DNA from: Squalus acanthias
Lineage: Eukaryota
Assembly: GCA_030390025.1 (NCBI GenBank)
Contig: CM059431.1
Location: forward strand, 116,500,001 to 116,564,000
Reading direction: 5' to 3'
Length of the DNA stretch: 64,000 nucleotides
Each line of letters begins with the position of its first letter. The stretch's first letter is position 1. This document shows positions 1 through 12,800 of this stretch, one piece after another. Under the pieces are notes generated by a model. It worked only from the letters and a program-made list of their open reading frames with translations. It made no database searches and was not told the origin of the DNA. The translations under genes were made by a program, and so were the position numbers.

Positions 1-95
1 AATCTCGTGAAATTAATATGCTATTGTAACCTTATTAGTAACATTGACCAAATTCTGCCCTGATGTTTTGAGCTCATTTTTTGGTCAAGAGGGGA

Positions 96-1490
96 TGTAA
101 AGGAATAGCCATATTTCAAAAAAATACACCATCCTATAAAAGATTTCTGATTAAAACATGACATACTGGGTTTGAAAATCTAAAAGCCTCATTGACACAA
201 AGCTGTAAACAGCATACAAGCTCTTGAGATAAGAATCAGTTGTTGACACTGAAACAATAGCCCTATTGAGCAGCAGGTTGGAGCTTCCAGAAAGTCTGAA
301 GTTTTGGAAAGAGCACAATGGTATAATGTTGAGGTGTCATAAACCAACACTTCGGGAAATAGAAACACAGAACATTAAAGAAACATATGCCTTCATAAAT
401 ATGACATCAAATGAAAGACAGGAGACATAATTCTTAATACAACCAACTGAGGTGTCTAGGGGGACAATGGTGCATCTGGTTGAAGTGTTTTTAATTTACA
501 TGTTGTAAAAAGATACAAACAGAAGACTTTCATCAATATGACATCAATAGATGCACCAAGCAATCACATTGTTTATGTGTTGAACTTGGAACACCTAGGA
601 GACATGAAGTCTGTAATACAACCAGCTGAGGTGACTTAAGAATTGAATAGAAGACCTTGCTAAGAATGGCATCAAATAGATACATCTGCTCCATATTGTT
701 TTTATGATAAGTGTTGAACATCTAAAGGAGGAGACACAATTCTGAATGCTACAAGCTGAACTAATTGTAAGAATAGCAGCGGTCAACAGAAAGATGACTA
801 AAGATAATTAGCTTACATCAGCAGAAAACTTCAAAGGATATACCCCTGAAAAAAGGGTATAAAATATAGAATTTTCAAACAGGAAGACAGAATCGCTGGA
901 AGGGGCAGAGCGATTCGTAGCTTCAGAGACAGGCTCTGTAAGCCTACAAATCTTTGAGTCTCGGGTAATCAAAGGTATTTGATTTTGGTGGATATCCTGG
1001 AATAAGAATAAGTAAGAAATGTAAAAATGTAATGAAGTTAAGATTTGAGAATAAGGATCTCTGAGAATAAGAATTGTAAGCTATTTGTTTTTAGAACTAT
1101 TAATGTTGCGATTGAATCACCAACTGTATACTGCATGTCGGTTCTTTAATAAATCTATATATTTTTAGAATTATCTCACATAGTATTTCTGTATCAAATT
1201 CGCAAACTCAATCTCTTTGGTGAGGAGTTGCAGAATTCTGGGGGAGTTTTCCGGACCCTCATAATATCCGGAAGGTTATAGTCTAGTTAAACTTATTAAA
1301 AGTGCTATCTGGAGGACGGTAACATCTTCAGGTCGTTCCTTTCTTTAGGGAGAGATAGTCTGGACCTTTAGACCCAATTAAGCGTCTCTAGGATTTGGCT
1401 ACCTCTAACTTTAGTTGAAGGTGAACTTCTGGGGAATACGCCTGATCCGGGGTGGCCCGAAAAGGGCTAGGACTAGTAATTATCCCTTCA
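96..1490 (+). mobile_element. Putative 3' LTR (~1.4 kb) of an endogenous retrovirus/LTR element; internal part lies left of the window
   Basis: Polypurine tract AAGAGGGGA (87-95) directly precedes TGTAAAGG. TATA-like TATAAAA at ~858 and AATAAA at ~1148. Ends ...CCCTTCA exactly where a LINE fragment begins (1491). TSD cannot be checked. Confidence 0.6.
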
Positions 1491-1660
1491 CCAGGATGTT
1501 GATGGTGGGGGATTCGACGATGGTAATGCCATTGAATGTCAAGGGGTGGTAGTTAGACTCTCTCTTGTTGGAGATGGTCATTGCCTGGCACTTGTGTGGC
1601 ACGAATGTTACTTGCCACTTATCAGCCCAAGGCTGCATGTTGTCCAGTCTTGCTGCATGC
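1491..1660 (-). mobile_element. Fragment of non-LTR retrotransposon family B (RT C-terminal region)
   Basis: Encodes WADKWQVTFVPHKCQAMTISNKRESN..PLTFNGITI; closely matches 15309-15475. Confidence 0.85.
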
Positions 1661-1869
1661 GGGATCACGCATGAAGAATGGCCAATTGGGTGTGGTACCA
1701 GAGGATCTGTCAGTTTCCATGGAGACTTACCGAGCACAAGTCCGAGACTTCAGGGACGAAGGAAGAAAAAGGAAGATTAAAAAAACCATAATCCATACAA
1801 ATAGATGTTTTCTTCAGTACTCTAATTTCTTATGGTCCTCCAGTATTTTACATATCATTTGTTTTGTTT

Positions 1870-2240
1870 AATTTGTTCTCCGGATGTGGGCAACACTGGC
1901 AAGGCCACATTTATTGCCCATCCCTAGTTTTCATGGGAATGTGATGGTAGATCTTCTTTTTGGCTGGTAGCAAGAGATCATAAGAGTCAACTACTAAAGA
2001 GGCACGTGTAGGCCAGACCAGGTATAGATGGCAGGTTCCCTTCCATGACAGACATTAGTGAAGCAATTTCTTTTACAACAACCCAACAACTTTCATGGTC
2101 AGTTTTTTTTCTGGTGCCAGCCCACAGCCCACCAGATTTAATTAATTCAATTTTGCAATTTGCCTAAATAGAATTGATCACAACCTCTGGATTGCTAGTA
2201 TATTACCATAATCATCACAATCATTACACTCCTATACCCT
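1870..2240 (-). mobile_element. Degenerate SINE (tRNA-like head) with 3' tail shared with LINE family B
   Basis: CTGGCAAGGCCACATTTATTGCCCATCCCTA matches the LINE-B 3' end at ~14675-14705; body similar to 55695-56130. Confidence 0.5.
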
Positions 2241-2475
2241 GTACAGTATTCCACAAGCAATTGGAATCTTCTCTGCAGTGAATATATTTGATACCAAACC
2301 TGACAAAACATGAATGGAATAATTTATTTGAAGATCACTTACTTTCTCCACAGAAAGAGCTATTCATCAACATGTTATATCTCGGTTCGTCTGCAATGAA
2401 ATGTCGATTATTCATCTGATTCCCACGGGAGGAGTTCAAATCAAAACAAAAAAACTCTTCAGGGATAAAACTGAC

Positions 2476-2545
2476 CTTGTAGCATGATATTGTTTAAAAC
2501 TCAGCACTTGTAACATTGTATCCGGAGAGTTGTACGGATGACATT
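2476..2545 (-). CDS. Possible 70-bp exon of an unidentified host gene
   Basis: Minus strand cttaaactAG|...AAG|GTCAGT; one open frame (E)CHPYNSPDTMLQVLSFKQYHAT. No homolog recognised. Confidence 0.25.
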
Positions 2546-2645
2546 CTAGTTTAAGGATGGCAGTTATTAAAAAGATAACCAACATTTTAATAATTTCATA
2601 ATTATATGTAGGATTTCAATGTGAATATCATTCAAATACAACATC

Positions 2646-2819
2646 GGGTCATTTTCTGATTTCACGCTCCCATTAGGGAGTGTCACCTGCTGGCAGCCCA
2701 TGTTAAAAATTCAGGCACTCTTTGCACATGATTTTACGACCACCAATCTGAATTTTCGATATGCACTACTGGCAGGCGAAGTTCCTCACATTCGGAGTGC
2801 AACATTGGGAAATGGCCCC
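2646..2819. mobile_element. Small degenerate MITE
   Basis: Imperfect inverted ends GGGTCATTTTC / GGAAATGGCCCC. Confidence 0.4.
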
Positions 2820-2873
2820 TTACAAGTCATTTAATGTTTACAGGATTTATCTTTCCACCGAAATACACTGTTT

Positions 2874-2945
2874 AGGAACAGGAGTAGGCCATTCAGCCCC
2901 TCGAGCCTGTTCCGCCATTCAATGAGATCATGGCTGATCTGCGAC
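2874..2945 (-). mobile_element. Short CR1 3'-UTR fragment
   Basis: GGAGTAGGCCATTCAGCCCCTCGAGCCTG..CCATTCAATGAGATCATGGCTGATCT is the reverse complement of the CR1 3' UTR at ~13580-13650. Confidence 0.8.
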
Positions 2946-3007
2946 CGCAAAGTTAAATGTTATTTATCACTAAGCAGCCCACCTTTCCAATCCATTCAGA
3001 TCTCTTT

Positions 3008-3826
3008 GGGCTGGATTTTGCCAATGGGGAGCTTTTGGAGGCGGAACTCCCACTTGTCGGGTTTCAGTCCCGCCTGCATCGACTTCTGGCCAATCCACGC
3101 TATTTTCCCTTGATTGACCTTGTTAAGTCCGCCCAGCGGGTTTAGCAGGCCAATTAAGGGCAAGCCGGTTACTGGGAACGTCAACGTATGATGTTTCATC
3201 TGTCATCGTTTGACAGCTCTGTGAAGCTGTCAAACACTGACATTCTCTGTAGTTTGATGAGTTCTTGAATTCAAGACCTCATCAAACCTTTCTTTTGCAG
3301 AAATTAGATGGTTGTTGCATTGGAGAATGCAACGGCCATCTGTCATCTCTGCCGTGGAGGTGCGAGACTCTCCGCATACCCAACTCTTGAAGCCTGCAGG
3401 AAGAAACAAAGGTAAGGAAACATTTTCTAACACTTTCCACTTACCTCACATACTCACCTCTCCACACTTGCACCCATCACTTACCTTCACAATGCACTTT
3501 TGCACCCCGCCGACCCCCGCAGACCCACTACTCGCCTCGGTGACCCTGGCGGGGTTCGGAGCCTTTGGGAAGCCCGCACTTGTGTGGGCAAAATGGGGAT
3601 AATCCTCTTATCTGCCTGTTAACTATCTGTTAATAGGCAGTTAAGTGGCTATAATCCCTTCCCACATCCAAGTAGACGGGACCCGGCGCGGGACGGTTAC
3701 CCACCTCCTGGCAAGATGGCACGGATGTGGGTTGGAGGCGGGTTGAGCACCCGCCCCAAAATTCTGCCATTTTCCCGACAGTCCCGCCTCTAAACCTGCC
3801 TTCCCAGGGCTGGCAAAATCCAGCCC
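3008..3826. mobile_element. Harbinger-type non-autonomous element (MITE)
   Basis: Perfect 16-bp TIR GGGCTGGATTTTGCCA / TGGCAAAATCCAGCCC; subterminal similarity to 45178-47188. Confidence 0.8.
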
Positions 3827-4010
3827 CATGTATTTGGTATTGCTCTTCCCTATTGTTTGAAGAACCCCTGCCTTAATTTGACGTTATTTATGCACATGTA
3901 AAAGTCAATGACTTCAACACTCAAGTTATCCCTTTCCACTTTGACACAATTTAGAAGCAGCCTTTACTTTCTCTAGTTTGGCCAATTTTCCAGTCACCTC
4001 AGAAGCTTAC

Positions 4011-4033
4011 CTGCAATTCCATGTCTTTCTACC
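4011..4033 (-). CDS. Possible 23-bp micro-exon
   Basis: ggtctccacAG|GGTAGAAAGACATGGAATTGCAG|GTAAGC; good splice sites; reads VERHGIA or GRKTWNC. Confidence 0.25.
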
Positions 4034-4060
4034 CTGTGGAGACCAGCTTATGAGATACAT

Positions 4061-4244
4061 GGGGTAATTTTCTTCTTCAGTGCTTGGGCATTAAACTGGT
4101 GAAGCGGATCACTCCCTGAGATAGAAAATGTCTGGTTTACTTTCTCATTTAAATCAAATGAGTCCAAATAAGGTGGTTTGTATAATGGCCGGCCAATCTA
4201 CAATGCCTGTTTTACGCCTGGGTAGCAAGTTGAAACTATACCCC
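4061..4244. mobile_element. Small MITE
   Basis: GGGGTAATTTTC / GAAACTATACCCC inverted ends, flanked by AT on both sides. Confidence 0.55.
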
Positions 4245-4357
4245 ATAGTTTCAAAAAACCTCGTTGTAATCTGAATATATTATATCCTTAGAATGTCTAT
4301 TGTCAATATGTCCATCATGTCCTTGACGAATTCCTTAGGCAAGAATGCATCTGACTT

Positions 4358-4423
4358 AATTGGCTGTAAAGCACTTTATGACATCCTGAAGTGATAAAAG
4401 GTGCTATATAAATGCAAGTCTTT
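4358..4423 (+). mobile_element. Deu-domain SINE 3' tail fragment
   Basis: TTGGCTGTAAAGCACTTT...GTGCTATATAAATGCAAGTCTT, same tail as 54609-54670. Confidence 0.75.
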
Positions 4424-4425
4424 AT

Positions 4426-6450
4426 GGGGGTGAAATTCGATTATGCTCGAAAATTGGTGGCGGGCACTGTGATGCGAGATATGCCCGTGCCCATTCAGGA
4501 AGTGTTGGCAGCACATCAGTTTGGTGCTGCCTGCTAGCTTACATAATTGTGGAGCATAACCTAGCAACTAATGCACTGCTGACAGGCTGTGCACTCAGCA
4601 CAGGGCTCAAGTTTGCGTCGCTGGAGTGAGGCTGCCCTTACTTAAAGCTAGCCTGTTCCTTTTCAAGGCAGTCTCTAGCTGTTAAAGCTGAACTGCCTTC
4701 TTACAAAAAAATTAAAAATCCTTCAGAACTAGGCAGTCTGCAGCTCTTAAAGTTGAGCTGCCTTCAGCAGATAAAAAAATGCCAAAAGTGCTTCAGCACT
4801 AACACAAATGGCTCACCAGGCCAGGGAAAGGGTACCTAAGGTCTTGGATGCAGCACTCCAGTTTTGTGAAGGGGGTCAACATTGGAAGAGAAGTCCTCTA
4901 CCCACAGGGCATCAGGAGCACTCCAGAAAGAAGGATGTGAACCAAATTGCCGAGGTGGTCACTGCCAGCAGTGTCTCCTGCAGGACCTGGCTGCAGTGCC
5001 CAAAGAAGTTTCATGACCTCAGACGAGTGGTCAAGGTCATTGAATGCATCTTCAAAAGCCGTCTCCTGCCAACTGCACCGCAAGCTTCACACATTGCTCA
5101 GTGCACGACCCTGCCATTACTCACCGACCAACAATCTCTACTAAACACGAGGCACACCTCATATTCCTAGCTTCCCCTCACCCCCTTGGAGGAGACGGTA
5201 CTGGCCATTCTTGGCAGGGGCATGGCTGAGCCCTTGGCTAGCGGTGAGGTGGAAAGAATACAAGGTGCCTGTATCTTCATACGTTATCCTCCTTCTCACG
5301 TCCCACTTCCCTCTCATCCCACAATCTCTTCTGATGTACAAGCTGCACATGGTGTAAACATGCACCTCTTGCTTTCCTGCCTTCCCCTCACCACAACTCC
5401 ACCCTTGCGCCTTCCTCATTTCACACACTCAAGAAATCCAGCCTGCCCAGCCAGTGGTTGACCAAGAAAAAGGAGAGGAAAATGAAAGAGAAAAAGAAGA
5501 AACACCGTCACTCGATTTCACACTGAAAGTCAGCAGCCTTCCACTAGCCATGCTGCAGCCGCTGGGGTAGCACAGTGTAACATCACTATGATAGGCAAAG
5601 GCAAATGCAAAACAATCTCTAAGGGAATGCACAAGGGTGATGTAATATTGGATGCATTTATGGATAAAGTTGGATTGGAAAGTTTGCTTTGTTGTGGCTT
5701 TTATTTCAGCATTGTGGCCATGAGGACACTGTGATGGTCAGTAACAGAGGGAAGGTAAGGTGTGGGACAAATGTTGAAAGGGGAATTGGGTTGTGGTCAC
5801 TGGTACAGCAGGCGAATGATATCCCAGCCAGAAAGGGGCTGTCTGGGTTGCCTCCTTCCTTCCATTTCCTTTTCTTCTACTTTTTTCTCTTCTGCTTTTT
5901 CCTCTTCTGCTTTTTTCCTCTTCTGCTTCCTCCTCTTCTGCTTCCTTCTCCTCCCTCTGTGAGCAGCTTGTCCCCTTTGCTGCCTCTGCTTCATGTGATG
6001 CTGCAGCACAAGGGGGACTGCAACTCGAGCCCCCAGGACTGTGAGCATGTGGTGTGCTCAGTGGCCTTTCTTTAACAGACAAAGCCTTGCAAATGTCCAG
6101 CAGCACTCCCTGCACTCACTGCACACTTTAACAACTTTTAAAATATATTGCACCAAGTCACTACGCCAATTAAATGTGAAGAAACCAGTCCAAGAGCAAA
6201 AAGCTAAAATTACCTGAAAGATGTGTGTGCCCCTTTAAGAAGCGTTGGTAGCGTCTCTGTAGTGCTGTTGTATGCACATTCTTCTGTGCCTGGTTTGGAG
6301 AGGGTGGTATCCAGAGCGGTGATGTCCAAAATCACAGTCATGCAACAATTCAGACGTTGCACGCCGATTGACGTCACAATCTGCATAATTTAAATGTGGG
6401 CGGCACGCGCAGGCAACGGCTGCGCTGCTGACCTCCCCAAAATGGCGGGT
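4426..6450 (+). mobile_element. Non-autonomous Harbinger derivative with decayed Myb/SANT gene; right end lost
   Basis: Starts GGGGGTGAAATTCG. ORF 4808-5170 has a Myb/SANT-like motif (RTWLQCPKKFHDLRRVVK). Acidic transposase C-terminal remnant on the minus strand (~5810-5960). Colinear with 23470-25297 and inverted relative to 59518-61686. Confidence 0.75.
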
Positions 6451-6453
6451 GAC

Positions 6454-6556
6454 CTGATGAAGGGTCATTGACCTGAAACGTTAACTCTGTTTCTCTCTCT
6501 CCACAGATGCTGCCTGACCTGCTGAGTATTTCCAGCATTCTCTGTTTTTATTTTAG
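6454..6556 (+). repeat. Penelope-like short repeat (single arm) with hammerhead motif
   Basis: CTGATGA-A-GGGTC-ATT-GACCT-GAAA-CGTT-AACTCTG followed by the conserved body. Confidence 0.75.
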
Positions 6557-7376
6557 AGAGAAGTCTAAATGGGGAAACCCAGTGTGACAGAGACAGATAT
6601 CAAATAGCAGATGACACATGGCAACTGCAGCAAAAAAAAATGCTCTACAAACTAAATAGGTTTTAAACTGATGCTATCAAAGTTGATGGCTTGGTTCTTC
6701 AAATGTTCTTCTGCTTCTCACCAGCATCTAGCAAACCTGGATGCCCAATTTATACAGGCCTGATGAAGAGCCAGCACAATTGTGGCCAGAGTTTATGGAC
6801 AATGGAGTATATGACATAATGACTTAATTTTCACCACATTTCCTTGCAACTGTCTACAAACCGGGCAGCTCACTTCCTGCAGTTGTTGGAAATCATAACG
6901 TAGAATGAGGGTGAACAACTAGGCAGAGATCCGGTGAAATGGAACTTCATCCAGTTTTTTAATTGGGTCCGTCTGATTTAATAGGAAAATCTAGGCTCCA
7001 CTTTTTTAAGCAGGATATCATTGGATAGGGATTGAAAACATTTGTGCCGAGATATTGGAGCAGAGCACGCTGCACACACCTCATGCGGCAGGACCACGGT
7101 GAATTGGTCCACCGGCCTCATTTGCCAGTAGCGGCCCCAGAGACAGCTTGACGGTCTCGGGAAGAACAAAGATCGGCCAGTTCAAACGCCAGCTGATGCA
7201 GTAAGCAGAACTGGGGGAGAGGGAGGTATGGAAATTAGGAGGGGGTTGGAAATCGGGATGGGGGGGTGGGTTAGGAAATCGGGTTGGGGGGGTTAGGAAA
7301 TCGGTTTGGGGGGGTGCGGCCCACAAATTTTATGTGAAACGGGCTCCCGGCTCCACAATAAGGGAAGTAAAATAAT

Positions 7377-8127
7377 GGGCCTGAATTTGCGGTCGGAGGT
7401 TTCCCGCGGGCGAATGCCTCCGAACCGCAATAAATCTACGAACTTACCTTCTGCCTGGGGATCCACGGAGACTCGCCCGCCTGGGCCTCTATGCGTAGAC
7501 ATGCGTAGAGGCCCACGTACCCCAGGGGCGCATGCGGTTCGCAAGCGCCCCTGGGATCATGTGGGCCGGCCCAACGAATGACAGAAGGGAATCCCCATTC
7601 ATTCTTATGGGAATTCCGCACGTACGGAAACCCCATAAGTATGAATGGGAATACCCCCCCAAAAATCTATGCACTTTAGTTTTAAAAAATCACATAGTTA
7701 AAATTAATTAAAATGGCATTTAATTAAACATTTAAAACAAAAAATTTAATTTTTTGAAAAATAAATTTATATGTTTTAAAGAGGCTAAAAATAAACATAA
7801 CTTATTTAACATAAGTTTTTAAATGTATAAAGAAAATGTTTTATTTTTCTGTTTTTTAAAACTCTTACACTGGTAAAAGCAGGCCTTACACCTGCTTTTA
7901 CCAGGCCAAAGAATTTTACGGGCATTCGCTGGGCAGAATAGCCCAACTCTCCGCCGGCGGATACCCTTTTCCCAGGGATGCGGAGCATCTGTCAAGAAAA
8001 TTCTTGACAGATCGCAAGTTCCGGGTTTTTGCGCATGCGCAGTGCATGCCTAAACCCGGAACTTGCAAGGCCCTTACGGGCGTGTCCACACCTTGGACGC
8101 ACCCATAGGGGCCGCAAATTATGGCCC
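7377..8127. mobile_element. Harbinger-type MITE (same family as 11151-11886, opposite orientation)
   Basis: TIR GGGCCTGAATTTGCGG / CCGCAAATTATGGCCC; shared internal GCGCATGCGCAGTGCATGCC motif and AT-rich centre. Confidence 0.8.
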
Positions 8128-8885
8128 ATTAAAAATTTACTTTTCAGGAGGCAGGCTGAGTTTGGTTTGGCTGCAAACCACCTGAGAATATTGACCACAG
8201 AATGGAAAGATACATGCTGCAGTCAGTCGCAAACGAGTTTTGGAAAGGGGGCCTCAAACAGCTTTGAGGCCCCCTATTTGCCTATGCGAAGGGCCTGATG
8301 CCTGTTACAGGCGCAGGCCCTGGATGCCGATACAGCAGCCTTTACCAATATGGCAGGTGGTGCACTTTAGGGCGCAATGTATGCGCTCACACCGCCCACC
8401 TTATTGGACACTTAAATACCCGTTTTAGGCCTGTAAGCAGGCGCGTCACCAACAAGTTTCTAAGCCCGGGTGATTTTTCCTACCTAGGTACTTTAGGGCT
8501 ACCTGGGCTACTTTTAGAGCTTTTATTATGGTTTATGTTATTTTGATGGACTGATGGTGCCAAATGATATTTATCTTTAATACCTATCGAGAAAAAAAGT
8601 GACCAGAGGCTGTTTCCAACACATTGATCCTCAGCCATGGGATTTGGATTTTGACGTCATTGAATTATAACGAGTCCACTTTAAGAGAGCGAGCCCAGAG
8701 CAGCGCCAACTGACCTGGGAGGGTAAGAAGTAGAAAGGTTCAAAGTGTGATGTCACAGGAAAGCAGGGAAGTGATTGGTTGGTCAGTATTTCTCTCTTTT
8801 TCTTGGGCATTGGTTTAAATTAAGAGCCGGGATTAAAAAGTAAACGTTCAAAACTTAAACACTTAATTAATTAAATACATTAGAG

Positions 8886-9842
8886 ATGGCAGGGCAGGCG
8901 ATGTGTTACTGCTGCAACAGGTGGGAGCTGGTGGATACCATTGAGGTCCACGGCGACCACATTTGCAGTATGTGTTGGTTGCTCGAGGAACTTCGGCTCC
9001 GTGTTGATGAGCTGGAGTCCGAGCTTCAAACATTGCGACACATCAGGGAGGGGGAGAGTTACCTGGACGCTGTATTCCAGGAGGCTGTCACACCCCTTAG
9101 ATTAATTAATTCAAATTTGGTTCGTGGTCAGGGACAGGTGGGTGTGACTACGAGCGAGGCAGGTATGGGGACCCAGGAGGTAGTGGTGGAGCAGCCTCAG
9201 CCCTTGCTCTTGTCCAACTGTTACGAGGTTCTTACTCTCTGTGTGGGCAAGAGCAGGGACTGCAGTGAGGATGAGCAAACTGACCACAGCATCATGGTAC
9301 AGGGAGCCATTCAAGTGGGGGGAGCAAAAAGAAATGTGGTAGTGGTAGGGGACAGTATAGTTAGGGGGATAGACACAGTTCTCTGCAGCCAAGAGCGTGA
9401 GTCCCATAGGCTGTGTTGTCTGCCCGGTGCCAGGGTTAAGGACATCTCCTCTGGGCTGGAGAGGAACTTAGAGTGGGAGGGGAAAGATCCAGTTGTCGTG
9501 GTCCATGTAGGTACCAATGACATAGGTAGGACAAAGAAAGAGGTTCTGCTGAGGGAGTATGAGCAGCTAGGGACTAAATTAAAAAGCAAAACCGCAAAGG
9601 TAATAATCTCTGGATTACTGCCTGAGCCACGTGCAAATTGGCATAGGGTAAATAAGATCAGAGAGATGAATGAGTGGCTCAAAGATTGGTGTGGGAGAAA
9701 TGGGTTTTTATTCTTGGGGCACTAGCACCAGTACTGGGGTAAGAGGGAGCTGTTCCGTCGGGACGGGCTTCATTTGAACCAGGCTGTTACCAGGGTCCTG
9801 GCGAATCGAATAACTAGGGCTGTAGAGAGGGCTTTAAGCTAA
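8886..9842 (+). pseudogene. CR1 ORF1p: N-terminal Cys zinc finger + coiled coil + SGNH/GDSL esterase; one premature stop
   Basis: CYCC...CSMC; esterase blocks VVGDSIVRG, LPGA, VHVGTND and, past the in-frame TAG at 9723-9725, DGLHL; natural stop at 9840-9842. Confidence 0.88.
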
Positions 9843-9845
9843 ATA

Positions 9846-12800
9846 GTGGGGGGGGAGGGATCCGCTGAGCGGAAATTAAAAAAGTCAAAGAAAAATGAGA
9901 AGGCAAAAGTGCAGGATAACGATAGGGGTAATGATAACCAGAGTGTGACAGGAAGGGACAGAGTGTATACACATAAGAGTGCATCAGAAAGAGGGGTCAG
10001 AGTAGGGAAAAATGGTAAAAAGACAAAATTAAAAGCTCTATATCTGAACGCACGCAGCATTCGTAACAAGATAGATGAGTTGACAGCACAAATAGAAATA
10101 AATGGGTATGATCTGATAGCCATTACAGAGACGAGGTTGCAAGGTGACCAAGGCTGGGAACTGAATATTCAGGGGTATTTGCCATTTCGTAAGGATAGGC
10201 AGAAAGGAAAAGGAGGTGGTGTAGCTCTGTTTATAAGGGAAAAGATCAGTGCAGTAGTGAGAAATGATATTGGTTTAGAAGATCAAGACGTAGAATCAGT
10301 TTGGGTGGAGATAAGAAATAATAAGGGTAAGAAGTCACTGGTGGGAGTGATCTACAGGCCCCCAAACAGTAGCCACGCTGCAGGACAGCGTATAAATCAA
10401 GAAATAATACAGGCTTGTAAGAAAGGTACGGCTATAATCATGGGAGATTTTAATCTTAATATTGATTGGACAAAGCAAATTGGCAAAGGTCGACTTGAGG
10501 AAGAGTTGTTAGAGTGTATGCGGGATGGTTTCTTGGAACAATACATTGTGGCGCCAACCAGGGAGCAGACTATTTTAGATCTGGTAATGTGTAACGAGGT
10601 TGGATTAATTAATGATCCCCTCTGGGATCCTCTTGGGAAGAGTGATCATAGCATGGTAGAATTTCAAATTTAGTTTGAGGGTGAGAAAGCCAAGTCTCAA
10701 ACTAGTGTCCTGAACTTAAATAAAAGGTAATTACAAAAGTATAAAGGCAGACTTGGTTAAGGTGGACTGGGAAAATATATTACAGGATAAGACTGTAGAA
10801 AAGCAGTGGCAAACATTTAAGGAGATATTTCATAACTCTCAGCAAAGATATATTCTAGTGAGAAAGAAAGTCTCTAAGAGAAGGCTAACTAAGGAAATAA
10901 AGGATGGCATCAAATTGAAAACAAAGGCATACAATGTTGTGAAGAATAGTGGAAGGCCAGAGGATTGGGAAATTTTTAAAAACCAGCAAAGGACGACTAA
11001 AAAAATGATCAAGAGAGAGAAGATAGCTTATGAGAGTAAGCTAGCAAGAAATATAAAAACAGACAGTAAGAGCTTCTACAGGTATATAAAAAGGAAGAGA
11101 GTAGCTAAAGTAAACATTGGTCCCCTAGAGGATGAGTCTGGGGAATGAATGGGCTGGATATTCCGATCCCTATGGGTGGGTACGTGCTGTGTACCCACCC
11201 TTAGGGACATCAGAAATGCCGGTTTCAGGCATGCACTGCGCATGCACTGGAAACCGGCATTTCCGATCTGTCAAGAAAGCACTTGACAGATCCTTCGGCT
11301 GCCCAGGAGAAGGGCCTCTGCGGGCGGATAGTTCCACTTTTTGGAGACCCTCTGCCCACAGAAAACCCTTACAATTCTTGCACCTGATAAAAGCAGGTGT
11401 AAGGCTTGCTTTTAGCAGGATAAGAGTTGAAAAAAGTTTTTTTTTTTAATTTCACTGATTTATCATTTAAAAATACTTTAAAAAAGGTAAGTTTATTTTT
11501 AGCCCCGTAAAAAACTTTAATTACTTTTTAAAAAAAAGTTAATTTATTGTAATTTCAAGTCATTTTAAAAATGTGATTTAAAAATTTTTTTTTTTTTTAA
11601 TTTTACTATGTTTTGGGGGTGATCTCCATTCATATATTTGACAGGTCTTCCTGTCAAGTGTATGAAGGGAGATTCCCTTCTGTGATTGGCTCCCCATGGC
11701 CCACGTGATCCTAGGGACGCTGCGAACTCCCTGCGCCTCTGGGATACGTGGGCCCTGCACACTGGCAGTTTGGAGAGGCCCAGCATCGGAATTGTGTGCG
11801 TCCCGGGAGCCCTCAGGTAAGGGCACAGATTTTTCCAGATCGCAGTCCTCCACCCGCGGGAGGCCTGCGATCGGAATATCTGGGCCAATAATGGGAAACA
11901 GGGAAATTGCGGAGACTTTGAACAAATATTTTTTATTGGTCTTCACGGTAGAAGACATTAAAAGCATCCCAATAATGGATATTCAAGGGGCTATTGGGGT
12001 GGGGGGGGGGGCGGAACTTAAAACAATCTCTATCATGAGAGAAAAAGTACTAGGCAAACAAATGGGACTAAAGGTGGACAAGTCCCCTGGACCCGATGGC
12101 CTGCATCCTAGGATCTTAAAAGAGGTGGCTGCAGAGATAGAGGAATGCATGGTTGTAATCTACCAAAATTCGCTGGATCCTGGAGAGGTCCCAGCGAACT
12201 GGAAAACCGCAAATGTAACGCCCCTATTTAAGAAAGGAGGGAGACAGAAAGCAGGCAACTATAGACCAATTAGCCTAACATCTGCCATTGGGAAAATCCT
12301 GGAGTCCATCATTAAGGAAGTGGTAGCAGGACATTTAGAAAATCATAATATAGTCAAGCAGAGTCAGCATGGTTTTATGAAATGGAAATCATGTTTGACA
12401 AATTTGCTGAAGTTCTTTGAGGATGTAATGAGCATGGTGGATAAAGGGGAACCAGTAGATGTCGTGTATTTGAATTTCCAGAAGGCATTCGATAAGGTGC
12501 CTCATAAAAGGTTACTGCACAAGGTAAGAGCTCAAGGGGTTGGGGGTAATATATTAGCATGGATAGAGGATTGGCTAACTAACAGAAAACAGAGAGTCGG
12601 GATAAATGGGTCATCTTCAGGTTGGCAAACTGTAACTAATGGAGTGCCGCAGGGATCAGTGCTGGGGCCTCAACTATTTACAATCTACATTAATGACTTG
12701 GATGAAGGGACCGAGTGTAATGTAGCCAAATTTGCTGATGATACAAAGATAGGTGGGGAAACAAATTGCGTGGAGGACGCAAAGAATCTCCAAAGGGATA

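Noticed and set aside
5689..6115. Glu/Lys-rich and Phe/Leu-rich overlapping ORFs (also 22788-23184, 24388-24729, 60032-60377)
   Set aside because: Low-complexity readings of the GAR-rich acidic tail of decayed Harbinger transposases, not genes.
7268..7300. Interstitial telomeric repeat
   Set aside because: Only isolated GGGTTAGG words, no (TTAGGG)n array.
9111..9682. Antisense ORFs over LINE coding regions (also 12901-13116, 30361-31065)
   Set aside because: Shadow frames of retrotransposon ORFs.
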